A stretch of DNA of 63,883 nucleotides, counting the filler, from Octopus bimaculoides (lineage: Eukaryota): NCBI RefSeq assembly GCF_001194135.2. It is 7 parts of 7 records of this genome, joined end to end, with 100 filler letters (N's around TTAATTAATTAA, not from the genome) between each part and the next. Parts side by side here need not be neighbours in the genome. Positions count along the whole stretch, not along the records: positions 9,071 to 16,265 come from NC_068992.1; positions 16,366 to 45,402 come from NC_069000.1; 5 more parts are not named here. One strand, given 5' to 3'. This document shows, one piece after another, positions 10,403-22,687 of this stretch (position 1 is the first letter of the stretch; every line of letters starts with the position of its first letter). The position numbers and the translations under genes are program-made. The notes under the pieces were generated by a model. The model was given only the letters and a program-made list of their open reading frames with translations. It was not told where the DNA came from and did not search any database.

Positions 10403-11407
10403 CTGTAATAAGAAGCTGCAACTCTAAGGAATCAATGATATGACACAGCAGTAAACCGAACGCTCACGTTCCTTCATGCATGTCAAATGGTGATCCGTGG
10501 TTTGCACAAAAACTGTTATGCGCTTACCAATTCTTGGCTTACGGTCATGAAACTTGTTGCTTCAGCACCCCCAGAACAAACCAGATCCCCAAATCAAAAG
10601 AATTCCAGCCATAAATTTCAATCACAGGACAATATAGTTCGAGATGCACTCTATATTTTCCTTTTTGTTTTGTTTGGTTTCTTTTTTTCAATAAGACGGT
10701 TCGGTGGGATTAGAGGGAGAATATGACTGCTATTTCTAGCATACAAATGCATAAATGCCTGCTTCGAATAACAATCGTTTGTTTGGCTTGTATTGGAGAA
10801 TTTAATTCTTCTTGAAGAAAAACATATCAGCATTGCGAAGGCAACTTATCCAATGGGAGATTTATTTACATCTTATACGCTTAACGCTATCCAAAACGAA
10901 GATTAACAACGAACTTGTGTGGTTCATTAAGAATCGGACAGTATTTTAACAGATTCCATTCAACTACGGAAGCCTAAAAGAGCTACAATCTTCTTTATGG
11001 CTCTGCATATAATTTTTTTCTCAGCTATTCAGAAGTTGATTGTTGAATACCGGATTTAGAAAATCAGATTATTTTGCTAGAAAACAATCATTTACTTTTG
11101 ACTCGTTTTTTTCATTTCATTTCACATCGACGTCAGTTCAAATGTAGATTATAGTCAAATATACGCAAAGCATAAGAAAGCCACAACAATACAAGTTCAG
11201 AAAAACAGTGTAAAAAAAGAAGCAGAAGAGATTGTATATAGGGAGAGAAAAACACAAAAAAAAAAAAAGAGAAAGATTGGTTTCTTTACAGACCGCTCTG
11301 AATATTTTGATATTTCTTGAAAAAGCAGTTGATTTGTCTTTTATTAAATGTACGATTTATCTTCTGTGTGTGTTGCGTTCAGATATATGATATGCGAGTG
11401 TAGAAGT

Positions 11408-11773
11408 TGTTGGCACTCCGTCGCTTACGACGACGAGGGTTCCAGTTGATCCGATCAACGGAACAGTCAGCTCGTGAAATTAACGTGCAAGTGGCTGAGC
11501 ACTCCACAGACACGTGTACCCTTAACGTAGTTCTCGGAGATATTCAGCGTGACACAGTGTGACAAGATTGGCCCTTTGAATTACAGGTACAACAGAAACA
11601 GGAAAAAAGAATGGGAGAGTACAACAGGGTTCACCACCATCCCCTGCCGGAGCGTCGTGGAGCTTTAGGTGTCTTCGCTCAATAAACACTCACAACGCCC
11701 GGTCTGGGAATCGAAACCGCGATCCTATGACCGCGAGTCCGCTGCCTTAACCACTGGGCCATTGCACCTCCTA
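11408..11773 (-). mobile_element. Full-length tRNA-derived SINE, family C, with 12-bp target-site duplication
   Basis: Minus-strand head TGGCCCAGTGGTTAAGG (A box) ... GGTTTCGATTCC (B box), (CAA)n-like tail. GAGTGTAGAAGT flanks both sides (11396-11407 and 11774-11785). Confidence 0.9.
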
Positions 11774-12083
11774 GAGTGTAGAAGTAAATATATATATATA
11801 TAAAATAGAAACATTGTTGTTCCTAAATTTCTTAACGAAAGATATTCAGTAGCAGCACTAAAGGGTAATGGTTTTTTTGCAAACCTAATGTGGTAGTGTC
11901 ATTTTGGAGCGAATGCTACTGTTGTTTAGTCTCAGGAGACGCCGTCTCCAGCTGGTTAGATGACACAATCTGTGTCCTTATATTTTCGAATAGGGGAGGT
12001 TAGTTAGCACCCCAACCCAGCACAAAGTAGTATCTGTGGACTGTACGGTTTCAGGGTTATTTCGCTTCGTCGGTACAGAATCG

Positions 12084-12482
12084 ACCTTAGTACTTTTTTT
12101 TTAAAGCCTGGTACTTATTGTATCGATTCCTTTTGCCAAACTGCTAAGTTACGGGGACAGAAACACACTAACATCAGTTGTCAAGCGATGAAGGGGGGCG
12201 AACACAGACTCACACACAGACACATACATACTCATATACATATATATGAGGGGCTTGCTTCAGTTTCCATCTCCCAAATCCATTCACAAGGTTTTGGTCG
12301 GCCCAGGGTTAAAGAAAAAGACACTTGTCCAAAGTGCCACGTAGTGGGACTGGACCCGGAACCAAGGGATTGGGAAGCCACACACAAACACATTCTTCCT
12401 TTAATTTGTTTCAGTCTTTAGACTGCGGTCATGCTGGAGCACCACCTTGAAGGATTTAGTCGAACAAATCAACCCCAGTATT
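12084..12482 (-). mobile_element. Family A SINE body (12084-12385) plus a separate family A 3' end (12395-12482)
   Basis: Reverse-complement similarity to 9175-9508. Confidence 0.75.
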
Positions 12483-12498
12483 GTTATATGCTTAGTAG

Positions 12499-12870
12499 CA
12501 TTTCGCCCATCTTTACGTTCTGGGTTCAAATTTCGCTGAAGTCGACTTTGCCTTTCATCCTTTCAGGGTCAATAAACACTGAGGTCGCTAAAAATCTCCG
12601 ACCTTGTGCTTTATAGCAAAAAGGAACCATTTTAAGGTAGCGAGCTAGCAGAATCATTAACGCGTCAGACAACATCCTTAGCCACATTTCGTCCGTCTGT
12701 CTATACGTTCCGAGTTCGAATTTCACCGAGGCCGAGTTTAACTTTATTCCTTTCAAGGTCCATAAAATCAGTACCATTCAAAATACTGGAGTCGATATAA
12801 TCGAATTATTCCCTTTTCCATCAAAACCTGCTGGCCTTAAGCCAAAATTTGGAACCATCATTATTATTTT
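12499..12870 (+). mobile_element. Two family B SINE copies (partial, then near-complete; Meta-domain-like core)
   Basis: GTTCAAATT..GAGGTCGACTTTGCCTTTCATCCTTTC.GGGTC.ATAAA core is shared with many copies in the window. Resemblance to the MetaSINE central domain is from memory, not a search. Confidence 0.7.
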
Positions 12871-13239
12871 ATATGTAAGGCTTTTGTCAGAATTCTGTAA
12901 AGGAACTAGTTTAGCTCGTTCGAGTCTGAGGTTTCGTATAAGTAAAGCACATTATGTGTGTGCTTGTACGTGTATATCCTAATACGTGTTCTAAATATCA
13001 TACATATTCAGAACAGTCTCACACACATCTTTCCCTTTCTCTTCAGTTTTCTTTTTCTATGTGGTTCCCTTTTTCTTTTTTTAGTTTTTCCTGCTCTTTC
13101 AGCTACTTCCACGTCATTTTTTTTTCTTTTTCATGTATTTTCTTCCCCACCTCTGCTTCTTATCCATTTCTCCATCGCTCGTTTCTGTGTGCTCAACAAT
13201 AATATTTAGACAACATATACTGAGATAATCAGACATATT

Positions 13240-13700
13240 AATTAGGGAGGAGGAGGAGGAAGGGGGAAGAAGGAGGTGAATGCATAAAGGAGGAAGATGG
13301 TGACGACGACGACGAAGAAGATGGAATAGAAGAAGGAAAAGAAAATTGGAAAAGAAAAATGAAAGAAGAAGAAAAAGAAGATGCAAGAAGATGGAAAAGA
13401 AAAAGGAAAAGAAGAAAAATAGAAAAGAAAATGAAAGAAGAAAAAGAAGAAAAAGGAGGAATAGAAGAAAATTGGAAAAGAAGAAAAATGGAAACAATGA
13501 AGAAGAAATAGAAGGAAAAGAAAATGGAAGAAGAAGAAGAAGAGAAAATGAAAGATGGAAAAGAAAATAGAAAAGAAAAAGAAAAATGGAAAAAAGAAGA
13601 AGAGAAAATGAAAGAAGATGGAAAAGAAAAAGGAAAAGAAGAAAATAGAAAAGAAAAATGGAAAAATGAAGAAGAAGAAGAAGAAGAAGAAGAAATGTGT
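13240..13700. repeat. Polypurine GAA/GAAAA low-complexity tract
   Basis: Near-pure A/G with recurring GAAGAAAATAGAAAAGAAAATGGAA units; source of spurious K/E-rich ORFs. Confidence 0.9.
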
Positions 13701-13770
13701 GGAGAAGAATTAAGTGCATGAAGAACGGTAAAGGTAATGAAAGAAACGTGATGCGTTTCGCTCGCTGCAT

Positions 13771-13832
13771 TCAGAGAATTTCTGTTCGTTGAAGGTCTGT
13801 TAGCCGTTGCAAGTGTACTTCAGAAGGTACTG
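13771..13832 (-). CDS. Candidate terminal coding exon (phase 1: xVPSEVHLQRLTDLQRTEIL*)
   Basis: Very strong acceptor gctttcttgttcttctctggcag followed by unique, GC-richer sequence and a 20-codon open frame to TGA. Confidence 0.3.
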
Positions 13833-14881
13833 CTGCCAGAGAAGAACAAGAAAGCAAGCTTAAGTAGTAATATCAGCGAGAGATAGTCGTCGTAATATGA
13901 CAGCCTGGAATCAGATTAACCCATATTCAGTTTTGTAACAAGGGATCCCTGGGCGTTGTGGGCGGGCGCAACAATTTTAGATGCAAACGGTGAAGTAAGA
14001 GGAGGAGGCGAGATAGAAACAAAATATGAAAGAAAATACCAGAGTGATACAAGAGTAGGGGTTTTAGTAGGCTATAAGAGAGAGGGAGAGAGAAAGAAAG
14101 TAGGAAAGAGAGAGAGGGTTTGAGTTGGGGAAAGTGGTAAAGAGTAATTATGAAAGGATTGCGAGAGCGGGAGAATGGAGAAAAGACAGTTGAGAGAAAT
14201 AATTTGTAAGGCGCGATTTTCTGTGACTTCATTGCATTTGCGTAAACATCTGTCAGAGGAAAAATAAATAAAGGAATTATTTAGTTATTTATTATCGTTA
14301 CCATTTTCCTTTTAAAGAAGTTTGAATACACGTGTGTGTGTGTGCGAGAGAGAGAGAGAGAGAGAGACAGAGACACAGAGAGAGACAGAGAGTTGTTGGC
14401 TGATTACGTATGCGCATGTTGTTTAACGTAAAAAGGAATATCTTTTGTGAACTTTCGTGTGTGTATCTGTTTGTGAATATACATATTCATGACGAGCCTT
14501 TACGTATGCACGTATACGTATATGTTTATGGGACGGTGTTTTTGTTTCCACGTGGTTTGAGTTAGATATTTGTGCATATTCTACATACATATACATTACA
14601 ACGTTAAGCCATAGCGATATAGAATCCGTGAAGGTACAATACCAGAACAGTCATATAATCCAAACCTGACTAACTATATGCACATAACTGCTACATCAAA
14701 GGACACTGGCACATTTAGGCAACAGAAACACGTGTCGGATAGGAGGTTAATGGGAATAACACTATAATAACTAAATTTTGGAGGTTTATAGTTCTCCGTT
14801 CTTCTCTATGATGTACTGAGTGCATATACATTATATATACATTGAGTTATCCCATGAATAATGCGGTAACAAAGTTCTTTT

Positions 14882-15880
14882 TTAATCTAAAAAATATTCT
14901 TCTTCATTTTCTAAAATGCTCTTCCATCTATCTGGTAGACTTGCAAGGACTCTCTTCCAAAATTCACCTGTCCGTGACAGAAAATACTCCTACATAACTG
15001 TTCTGAACTCGTCTACAGAATTCATATTGTTCCGTCCAAATGATTTTGAAAACTGTGGAATAAACGATTATTAAATGGGGCAATGTCCGGCGAATATGAT
15101 GGGTGGGGCATCGTTTCCCATTCAAACTGCTCCATCCTTTGGAATGTCATCCTCGGTGTATGTGGCGGAGCATTATCCTGATGGAGGAACACCTTTCGTC
15201 TTGAAACCAAAGATGGTCGTTTTTCTTCTAGCGCTGACTTAAGCCGCTCAAGCTGCTCGCAGTAGATCTCCTTTGTTATTGCTTGGTTTAGGTTTAAAAG
15301 TTCGAAGTGTACTAAACCTTTCATATCCCACCAAACAGATAACAACACTTTACGTGGGTGAAAACCTTCCTTAGCCTGGGGTGCCGGTGTTTCTCCTTTC
15401 CCTTCGGCGCTTGACACTTTTATAGAGAACCCATTTCTCGCCCCAAAACGATTCATTCATTAGACGTGACAGCAAAGAAGAGCACACATTCATGCTCTGT
15501 ACGCGATTAGACTGGAAAAGTTTGTGGGGAACCCATTGACCAAATTTCCTGACTTTTCTGATGACACGCAGCTGTCGATGAATGGTTGAATGACCAAATC
15601 CAAGCTTCTCTGCTAGTTCATCAACATTTACGATGGGGTATTGTTCCACCAGGATTTGCAGGATGTCCTCATCGAGCTCTATAGATCTTCCAGGATGAGG
15701 CTAGTCTTCCAGGCTGTAGGTTCCGGCTCGGAATTTCTGGAACCATCGTTGACACTAGCTTACGCTTATTGTCCGATCACCATATACTGCATTAATATTC
15801 CTTGCACTTTCCGTAGCGTTGTTGCATTTATTGAATTCATAAAGTAAAGTATGCCGAATATGCTCCTTTGTCACTTCCAT
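14882..15880 (-). pseudogene. Mariner (Tc1/mariner DD34D) transposase pseudogene
   Basis: MEVTKEHIRHTLLYEF...RWFQKFR...WVPHKL...HPRKVLLSVWWD...FLHQDNAPPH...HPSYSPDIAP...LPDRWK. Contains stops, a frameshift or deletion removing the IVTGD region, and an N at the third catalytic D. One TIR-like end near 14840-14867. Confidence 0.95.
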
Positions 15881-16912
15881 TATAGCTTTGAAAATATAAC
15901 TGTCAAATTCGAACTGCACACTTCAAAACTTGCACTAAGAATAATATATATTTTACTTGTTTCAGTGATTAGACAGCATGCAAGGGCACCGTCTTGGAGA
16001 ATTCTAGTCAGACGAATCAACCGCAGTACTTTATATATATATATATCTTTCTATCTATTTATCTATCTGTCTTCCTCTATCTTCCTATCTACCCCTCTGT
16101 CCTGGCCTCTACTTCACTGCTTCTGTCCCTTCCTCCTTGTTCCACTTCCTCCCTCCACCATCCTCTCTGCTCTCGTGTGACCTGTGGTCAACTTTCATTT
16201 CACTCCAGCCGTTGTGAAGGCAAGACGAACTACTAGCGTTCTACCTCAGATTTGCGTTTGGCCGTNNNNNNNNNNNNNNNNNNNNNNNNNNNNNNNNNNN
16301 NNNNNNNNNTTAATTAATTAANNNNNNNNNNNNNNNNNNNNNNNNNNNNNNNNNNNNNNNNNNNNATATATATATATATATATATATATATACACTTATG
16401 TACATAGAAAGTATATATAAGTGTGTATCAATATAATACAATATATATACAATGCAAATACAAGGATATGTACTGCATACATGTTATATATATATCACAC
16501 GCAAGTCTGTGTGTGAGTGTGTGTGTATTTGCACAGCAGTTGGTTGAAAGCATTTATGTTTGATATGTTTGACGTCTGATAGAGGTTTTGTGGAAATCGA
16601 CCAAACAATACAACGTATCATGACTTTGTTGTAAAGCAACTCAACTGAACATTGGACAATATGGACGACTGCCGAGAACATTGCTACAGATGTGCGATCA
16701 TGTTTTACTTATGTACGACATTTCAGCCAGCGTGTTTGTGTGTGTGTATGTGTGTGTGTGTATGTGTCTGTATGTATGTATATATACATAAATATATATA
16801 TATAGATAGATTCCTATATGTATATATAATTATGCATACATATATAAAAATGCATAAATATTCAGATGTACATATATATATATATACATATATATTTTTA
16901 TATATGAATATA

Positions 16913-16947
<35 letters not shown>

Positions 16948-16974
16948 TATGTATGTATATATATATATGTATAT

Positions 16975-17016
<42 letters not shown>

Positions 17017-17386
17017 NNNNNNNNNNNNNNNNNNNNNNNNNNNNNNNNNNNNNNNNNNNNNNNNNNNNNNNNNNNNNNNNNNNNNNNNNNNNNNNNNNNN
17101 NNNNNNNNNNNNNNNNNNNNNNNNNNNNNNNNNNNNNNNNNNNNNNNNNNNNNNNNNNNNNNNNNNNNNNNNNNNNNNNNNNNNNNNNNNNNNNNNNNNN
17201 NNNNNNNNNNNNNNNNNNNNNNNNNNNNNNNNNNNNNNNNNNNNNNNNNNNNNNNATATATATATAGATACATATATATATATATATATATATTCATGGT
17301 AATCTGCAGTGGGATTGAGCTGGAAACCGTGTGTTTGCGAAGGTAACTTCTCTACCACTTCTTAGACACACGGTTTACGCAATATA

Positions 17387-17596
17387 CAGGGTGCGACAGA
17401 AATACCTCCCACATTTGAAAGGTTGACAAAAGGAAAACGAAACAACATTTATGAAAAATTGATTTTACTGTTGTTTAGACAAAGGGTTACAGTTTTCTTA
17501 ATTAGCTAAATGAAAACGTCGTTGGCACTTGTATAAGTTCATTGGCAACAGATAGATGAAAGCTTAAAACGTGGGAGTTATTTCTGCCGCACCCTG
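17387..17596. mobile_element. Tc1/mariner-type MITE, 210 bp
   Basis: TA|CAGGGTGCGACAGAAATACCTCCCAC ... GTGGGAGTTATTTCTGCCGCACCCTG|TA: ~26-bp TIRs with 2 mismatches and a TA duplication. Confidence 0.9.
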
Positions 17597-18671
17597 TACA
17601 TTTGGAATGAATTACAATATAATTATTTGCCTGAATTGTTTAAATCAAATTTTCTTAATTAATTTTGTTCCCTGCTCTTCACGCATTCCTCGATTACATC
17701 TAAATATTTGATACTTCTTGGGAAGTAGTTTTCGGCAAATCGGGCCAGAAATCACAGCCACAATTTGGTCTCACAACTTATGCAGCAAGATGAATTGGGG
17801 GACCCAAATTTCCACGTGGGGTGTAGCAGTATTCGGAAGGATATTTACAATGTTTGAATGTATGCACTACATGGTTACATTACATAGCTACGTTGAGTTG
17901 TATGCAAGAATAATACGTTATGTTGCTTTTTGACAAGGTTAAGTTCTGACAGAGTTGCTGGTAGGAAATTGAGAGAATGATCTAAAATTTGGCCGATTGC
18001 CTAGCTTTAGATTCCATTGTGGAACTGAAGAAATGTGTCTATACAGAGACAGAGAGGAAGAGATAAATAGAGAGATAGAGAGAGGGAGAAAGAGAGACAG
18101 AGAGATAGAACTAAACAAAAAAAAACGAGATTTATGGGACGGTCAATTTGTGAAGAGGTCAGATTGTCTAGGTCAATGAAGTGGAGACCGAGGAGAAGGG
18201 AATGGGGAACGCAGAGAGATATGAGAATGTATAAATGTCTAAATATGTGTGTGTATGTGTGTGAATGTAGATGCATAAACGTATATATATATATATNNNN
18301 NNNNNNNNNNNNNNNNNNNNNNNNNNNNNNNNNNNNNNNNNNNNNNNNNNNNNNNNNNNNNNNNNNNNNNNNNNNNNNNNNNNNNNNNNNNNNNNNNNNN
18401 NNNNNNNNNNNNNNNNNNNNNNNNNNNNNNNNNNNNNNNNNNNNNNNNNNNNNNNNNNNNNNNNNNNNNNNNNNNNNNNNNNNNNNNNNNNNNNNNNNNN
18501 NNNNNNNNNNNNNNNNNNNNNNNNNNNNNNNNNNNNNNNNNNNNNNNNNNNNNNNNNNNNNNNNNNNNNNNNNNNNNNNNNNNNNNNNNNNNNNNNNNNN
18601 NNNNNNNNNNNNNNNNNNNNNNNNNNNNNNNNNNNNNNNNNNNNNNNNNNNNNNNNNNNNNNNTATATATA

Positions 18672-18707
<36 letters not shown>

Positions 18708-19464
18708 TGTATGTATGTATGTATGTATGTATGTATACACATATATGTTCATACGCAAACATATATACGAGGTATGATCAATAAGTATTCGGATTGTTGC
18801 CATTGTAACGAAGCTACAGCACGCAGTGTGAAACTGCTTGGGAAATAATCGACCTTGAGCTCAATATTTGCGATTGGTCGAGTAACTCTGATGCTACTCC
18901 GAGTTTGCTCTCTGCGTTCGCAGGGTCTTGAGGCAAGTTACATTTCTTGTACCTTACCATGGTGACGAATAGTATTGCAACGTCATACACGTCAGTTATC
19001 ATCATTATCATCATCATCAGCATGAACGTCGTCGTCTTTTCCAACAAAGTCGTCATCATTATCAGCGTCATCATAAATTCCGCGACCGCATCTATTATTA
19101 GTAATCACCATCAACAGCGCCATCTCCGCCATTATCAGTGTCGTAATTATTATCGTCACCATTATCAACCACAAAACACCACCGAAATTATGTCTACTCA
19201 ACACGTGCATTTTAAATATCGCAATCGTCATCATCACCATCATCACTATCATCATCGTCAGCATCATCAAAATCATCATGGTCATCATTACCATCAGCAT
19301 CATCACCACCACCACCGCCACCACCACCACCGCAATCACACATGTTTAATAAATTATTGAGTATTATCATTTTCTATCTCTTGAACATAATCACCATCAC
19401 CAGCACCAACACCATCGGAATAACGCTCATCATCGCCATCATGATCATCGTCATCATCGTCGTC

Positions 19465-19495
<31 letters not shown>

Positions 19496-19778
19496 TTAGC
19501 AACTTAAGAATCACGCTTAATCCTGCTATTATCGCAAGATAACACCAAAGGCAATTTTATATCGCATGCCTCTTGAATTTCAGCTAAGAATATATATATA
19601 TACATACATCATACATGCATAGAATTATATAAGTATGCATATATATATATATACATATTTGTATGTGTGTGTGTGTGTGTGCGTGTATGTGTATGTGTGA
19701 ATGTTTGTGTGTTTGCGTGTATGTACCTATGCATACAAATTGATGTGTCTATGCATGTATGTGTGCATATATATATAC

Positions 19779-19829
<51 letters not shown>

Positions 19830-20541
19830 CACACACATATATGTATACATGTATACACATATGCGTGTGTGGTTGTATGTGCTTGTGTTTGTGTGTGTGT
19901 GAATATCTTCAGCTGCCGTTCAACTCAGCGCTACATTTCTTAAACATTTGTTCAATATATGTAACAGCAACGTAATCTAAATGTACCTAATATTACATTA
20001 GTTGTTTACCATATATACACGTGTATGTGTGTATGTATTGTATGGGTGTGTGTGTACGTGCGTGAGCGAATGTGTATGTCTGTCTGTACTCATATACAGA
20101 GACAGGCACAGAATGAGAGAGAGAGAGAGAGACTGACAGACAGACGCTAGTGTTGTAGCTCAGACGATATGTAATACCAGTGCTTGCGGGTACGGGATAA
20201 TATTCTAAATTGATGGCTAAGTCTTTCGATGGTTGTGCGTAGAACAAATACTACGACATGGAGCGTAGTGGCAGCTTAACCGCGTCCGTCTTGGATATTG
20301 CCGCAGGTTAAGGGGCTAAGAATATGATTAAGGACTTTTGAATATTTTACTGTTTACAACGTTGATGGCGATGGTGATGTAGGTGGTGGTGGTGGCGGTT
20401 GTGTTGGTGGTGGTGGTGACAATAAGGAGGCAAACGCGGATAGTTATGAAGGTTGTGACGATGATGATGATGATGACGAAAATGATGAAGGTGATAATAT
20501 GATGATGATGATGATGATGATGATGATGGTGGCGGTTGCGG

Positions 20542-20591
<50 letters not shown>

Positions 20592-21130
20592 ATGATGATG
20601 ATTATGATGACGATGATGATGAAAAACATCAATAACACCAACAACCAAAATAACAGTAATAATAATAACGAGTTCAAATGCTGACATGTGTCCATTAGAG
20701 CGCATCAGTTCAGATACCGCGATGCATTCCATCCTACATCAGTAAGTCACGTGAGCATGGTGCCAAGCGGTGGTGTTAAAGTGGCTGAGGGATTATTCAG
20801 ATAGAGTGTAGCAAAATTTCAACTTGAAACGTAAAGATTCGGACAATCCACTGCGTCTCGTCTGCTGTTTCTCTGCTGTTTCTATTCGCCGACGACTGTC
20901 TTCATGTTTGTTTGTTTTTTGACTCAGGAAGGAAAAATATCTAAGTTCACCGAGGCGAAATTTGAACTTAAGATGTGGAACGTCTGCACAACAATATCAC
21001 GATGTTCAGATATGAGAGTGTGAGAGAGAGAGAGAGAGGCAGACAGACAGACAGAGACAGAAAAAGACAGAGAAAGAGAGAGAGACGAAAGAGAGATGCA
21101 TGTATGTATGTACGTGTGTGTGCATTTGTT

Positions 21131-21163
<33 letters not shown>

Positions 21164-21673
21164 TTGTGTGTGTGCGTATGTGACTGAATTATGTAAACAT
21201 GGGGCGGATGGCAAAAAAATAGAAAATCATGGAAGGCTCTCAATCACACATGCAGGCACACACATAAACACACATACCACACACACCCACACACAAAACA
21301 CACGCGCATCCCCCCTACACACCCACACACTAGCTCAGTGTTTGATGGAAGTTTAGAGCGGTTAGATCGGAAGGCAATTTAAATGTTAAGTATCAAAGTT
21401 ACAGTTATGGCCTGATCAAGACGTCATGTTTGACCATTTCTTACTCTCCAGGGGTTATAACAAGTTGACCCCTAAAGATGATACCCTGTTTGACCATAAA
21501 TTGACCCTATCATGTCTCTAAGTCAGGTGTATTGCACACAACTACATTACAAGTTATACGTATATATAGAGATAGATAGATAGATAGATGGATGGACACA
21601 TACATAGTTACATACACATATATGAAAATATATACATAAATACGTACATACATATGTACATATTCATATGTGC

Positions 21674-21732
<59 letters not shown>

Positions 21733-21789
21733 TGTTCATATACATATATATTCGTATTTATAAATGTCTCTCTTAAATATATAGATTTG

Positions 21790-21844
<55 letters not shown>

Positions 21845-22439
21845 TGTGTGTGTACATCTATATCATTATATATGATTTATGATATATGTATATAAGTACG
21901 TATACGTATATGGATACTTATACACACATACATTTTATGCGAACATGCACACACAGACATGTATTCACACTAAAGGATTGATAGATATGTGAGCCTGCAG
22001 TTGTATGCGTGGCGGGAGAGAAAGCGCATGTGTACATGCATATATGTATATTTATTTGCGCGTTCATGTGTGTGTGTGTATGAGTGTTCATGTGTGTGTG
22101 TGTGTGTGTGTATGTGTGTATGTGTAGTTAGATTTATCTCTGCATGAAACCGCGTAGTGCATACCGAATACATATCAAACGCATTGACCAGTTGAGTTCG
22201 GCCTTTCTAGAATATCGCAATTCGATATCGAAACAATGTTAAACACAACACGTAAAAAAGACCAATCGAAAGAAAGAATGGACTTGTTTTGACCTCGGAC
22301 AGCACAGTAACAATATCCGTGGGCAAGATTTTCTCTTGGAAATCAAAGGATAACAGAAAGACATGAAGTTATCAATACCAAAACAATAATATCATTAAAG
22401 CTTTCTGTTATAGGCACAAGGCCTCAAACAAACCGAATA

Positions 22440-22471
<32 letters not shown>

Positions 22472-22645
22472 TGGTACCTGTAATTAATAAACGTTAATTA
22501 TCTATAGAGGAGAACGTCGTTTGGGCAGATTAATATTTACTTGTGAAATACATGCACAGTTACGCAACTAAGCAAGTACACGCGCGCACACAAACCTGCA
22601 TAGATGAGTGTATATACATATATGAATACATACATACATACATAC

Positions 22646-22687
<42 letters not shown>

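Noticed and set aside
11690-11770. tRNA-like sequence with A and B boxes
   Set aside because: It is the head of a SINE, continues into SINE body and lacks a proper acceptor stem; not called a tRNA gene.
18814-18930. DPANAESKLGVASELLDQSQILSSR exon-like ORF segment
   Set aside because: Weak acceptor and donor, with no supporting neighbouring exons.
18947-20732. His/Ile/Met/Asp-rich ORFs (also 13114-13770, 45455-47088, 53895-54863)
   Set aside because: These are translations of (CAT)n, (GAT)n, (GGT)n and (GAA)n simple repeats with no domain signal.
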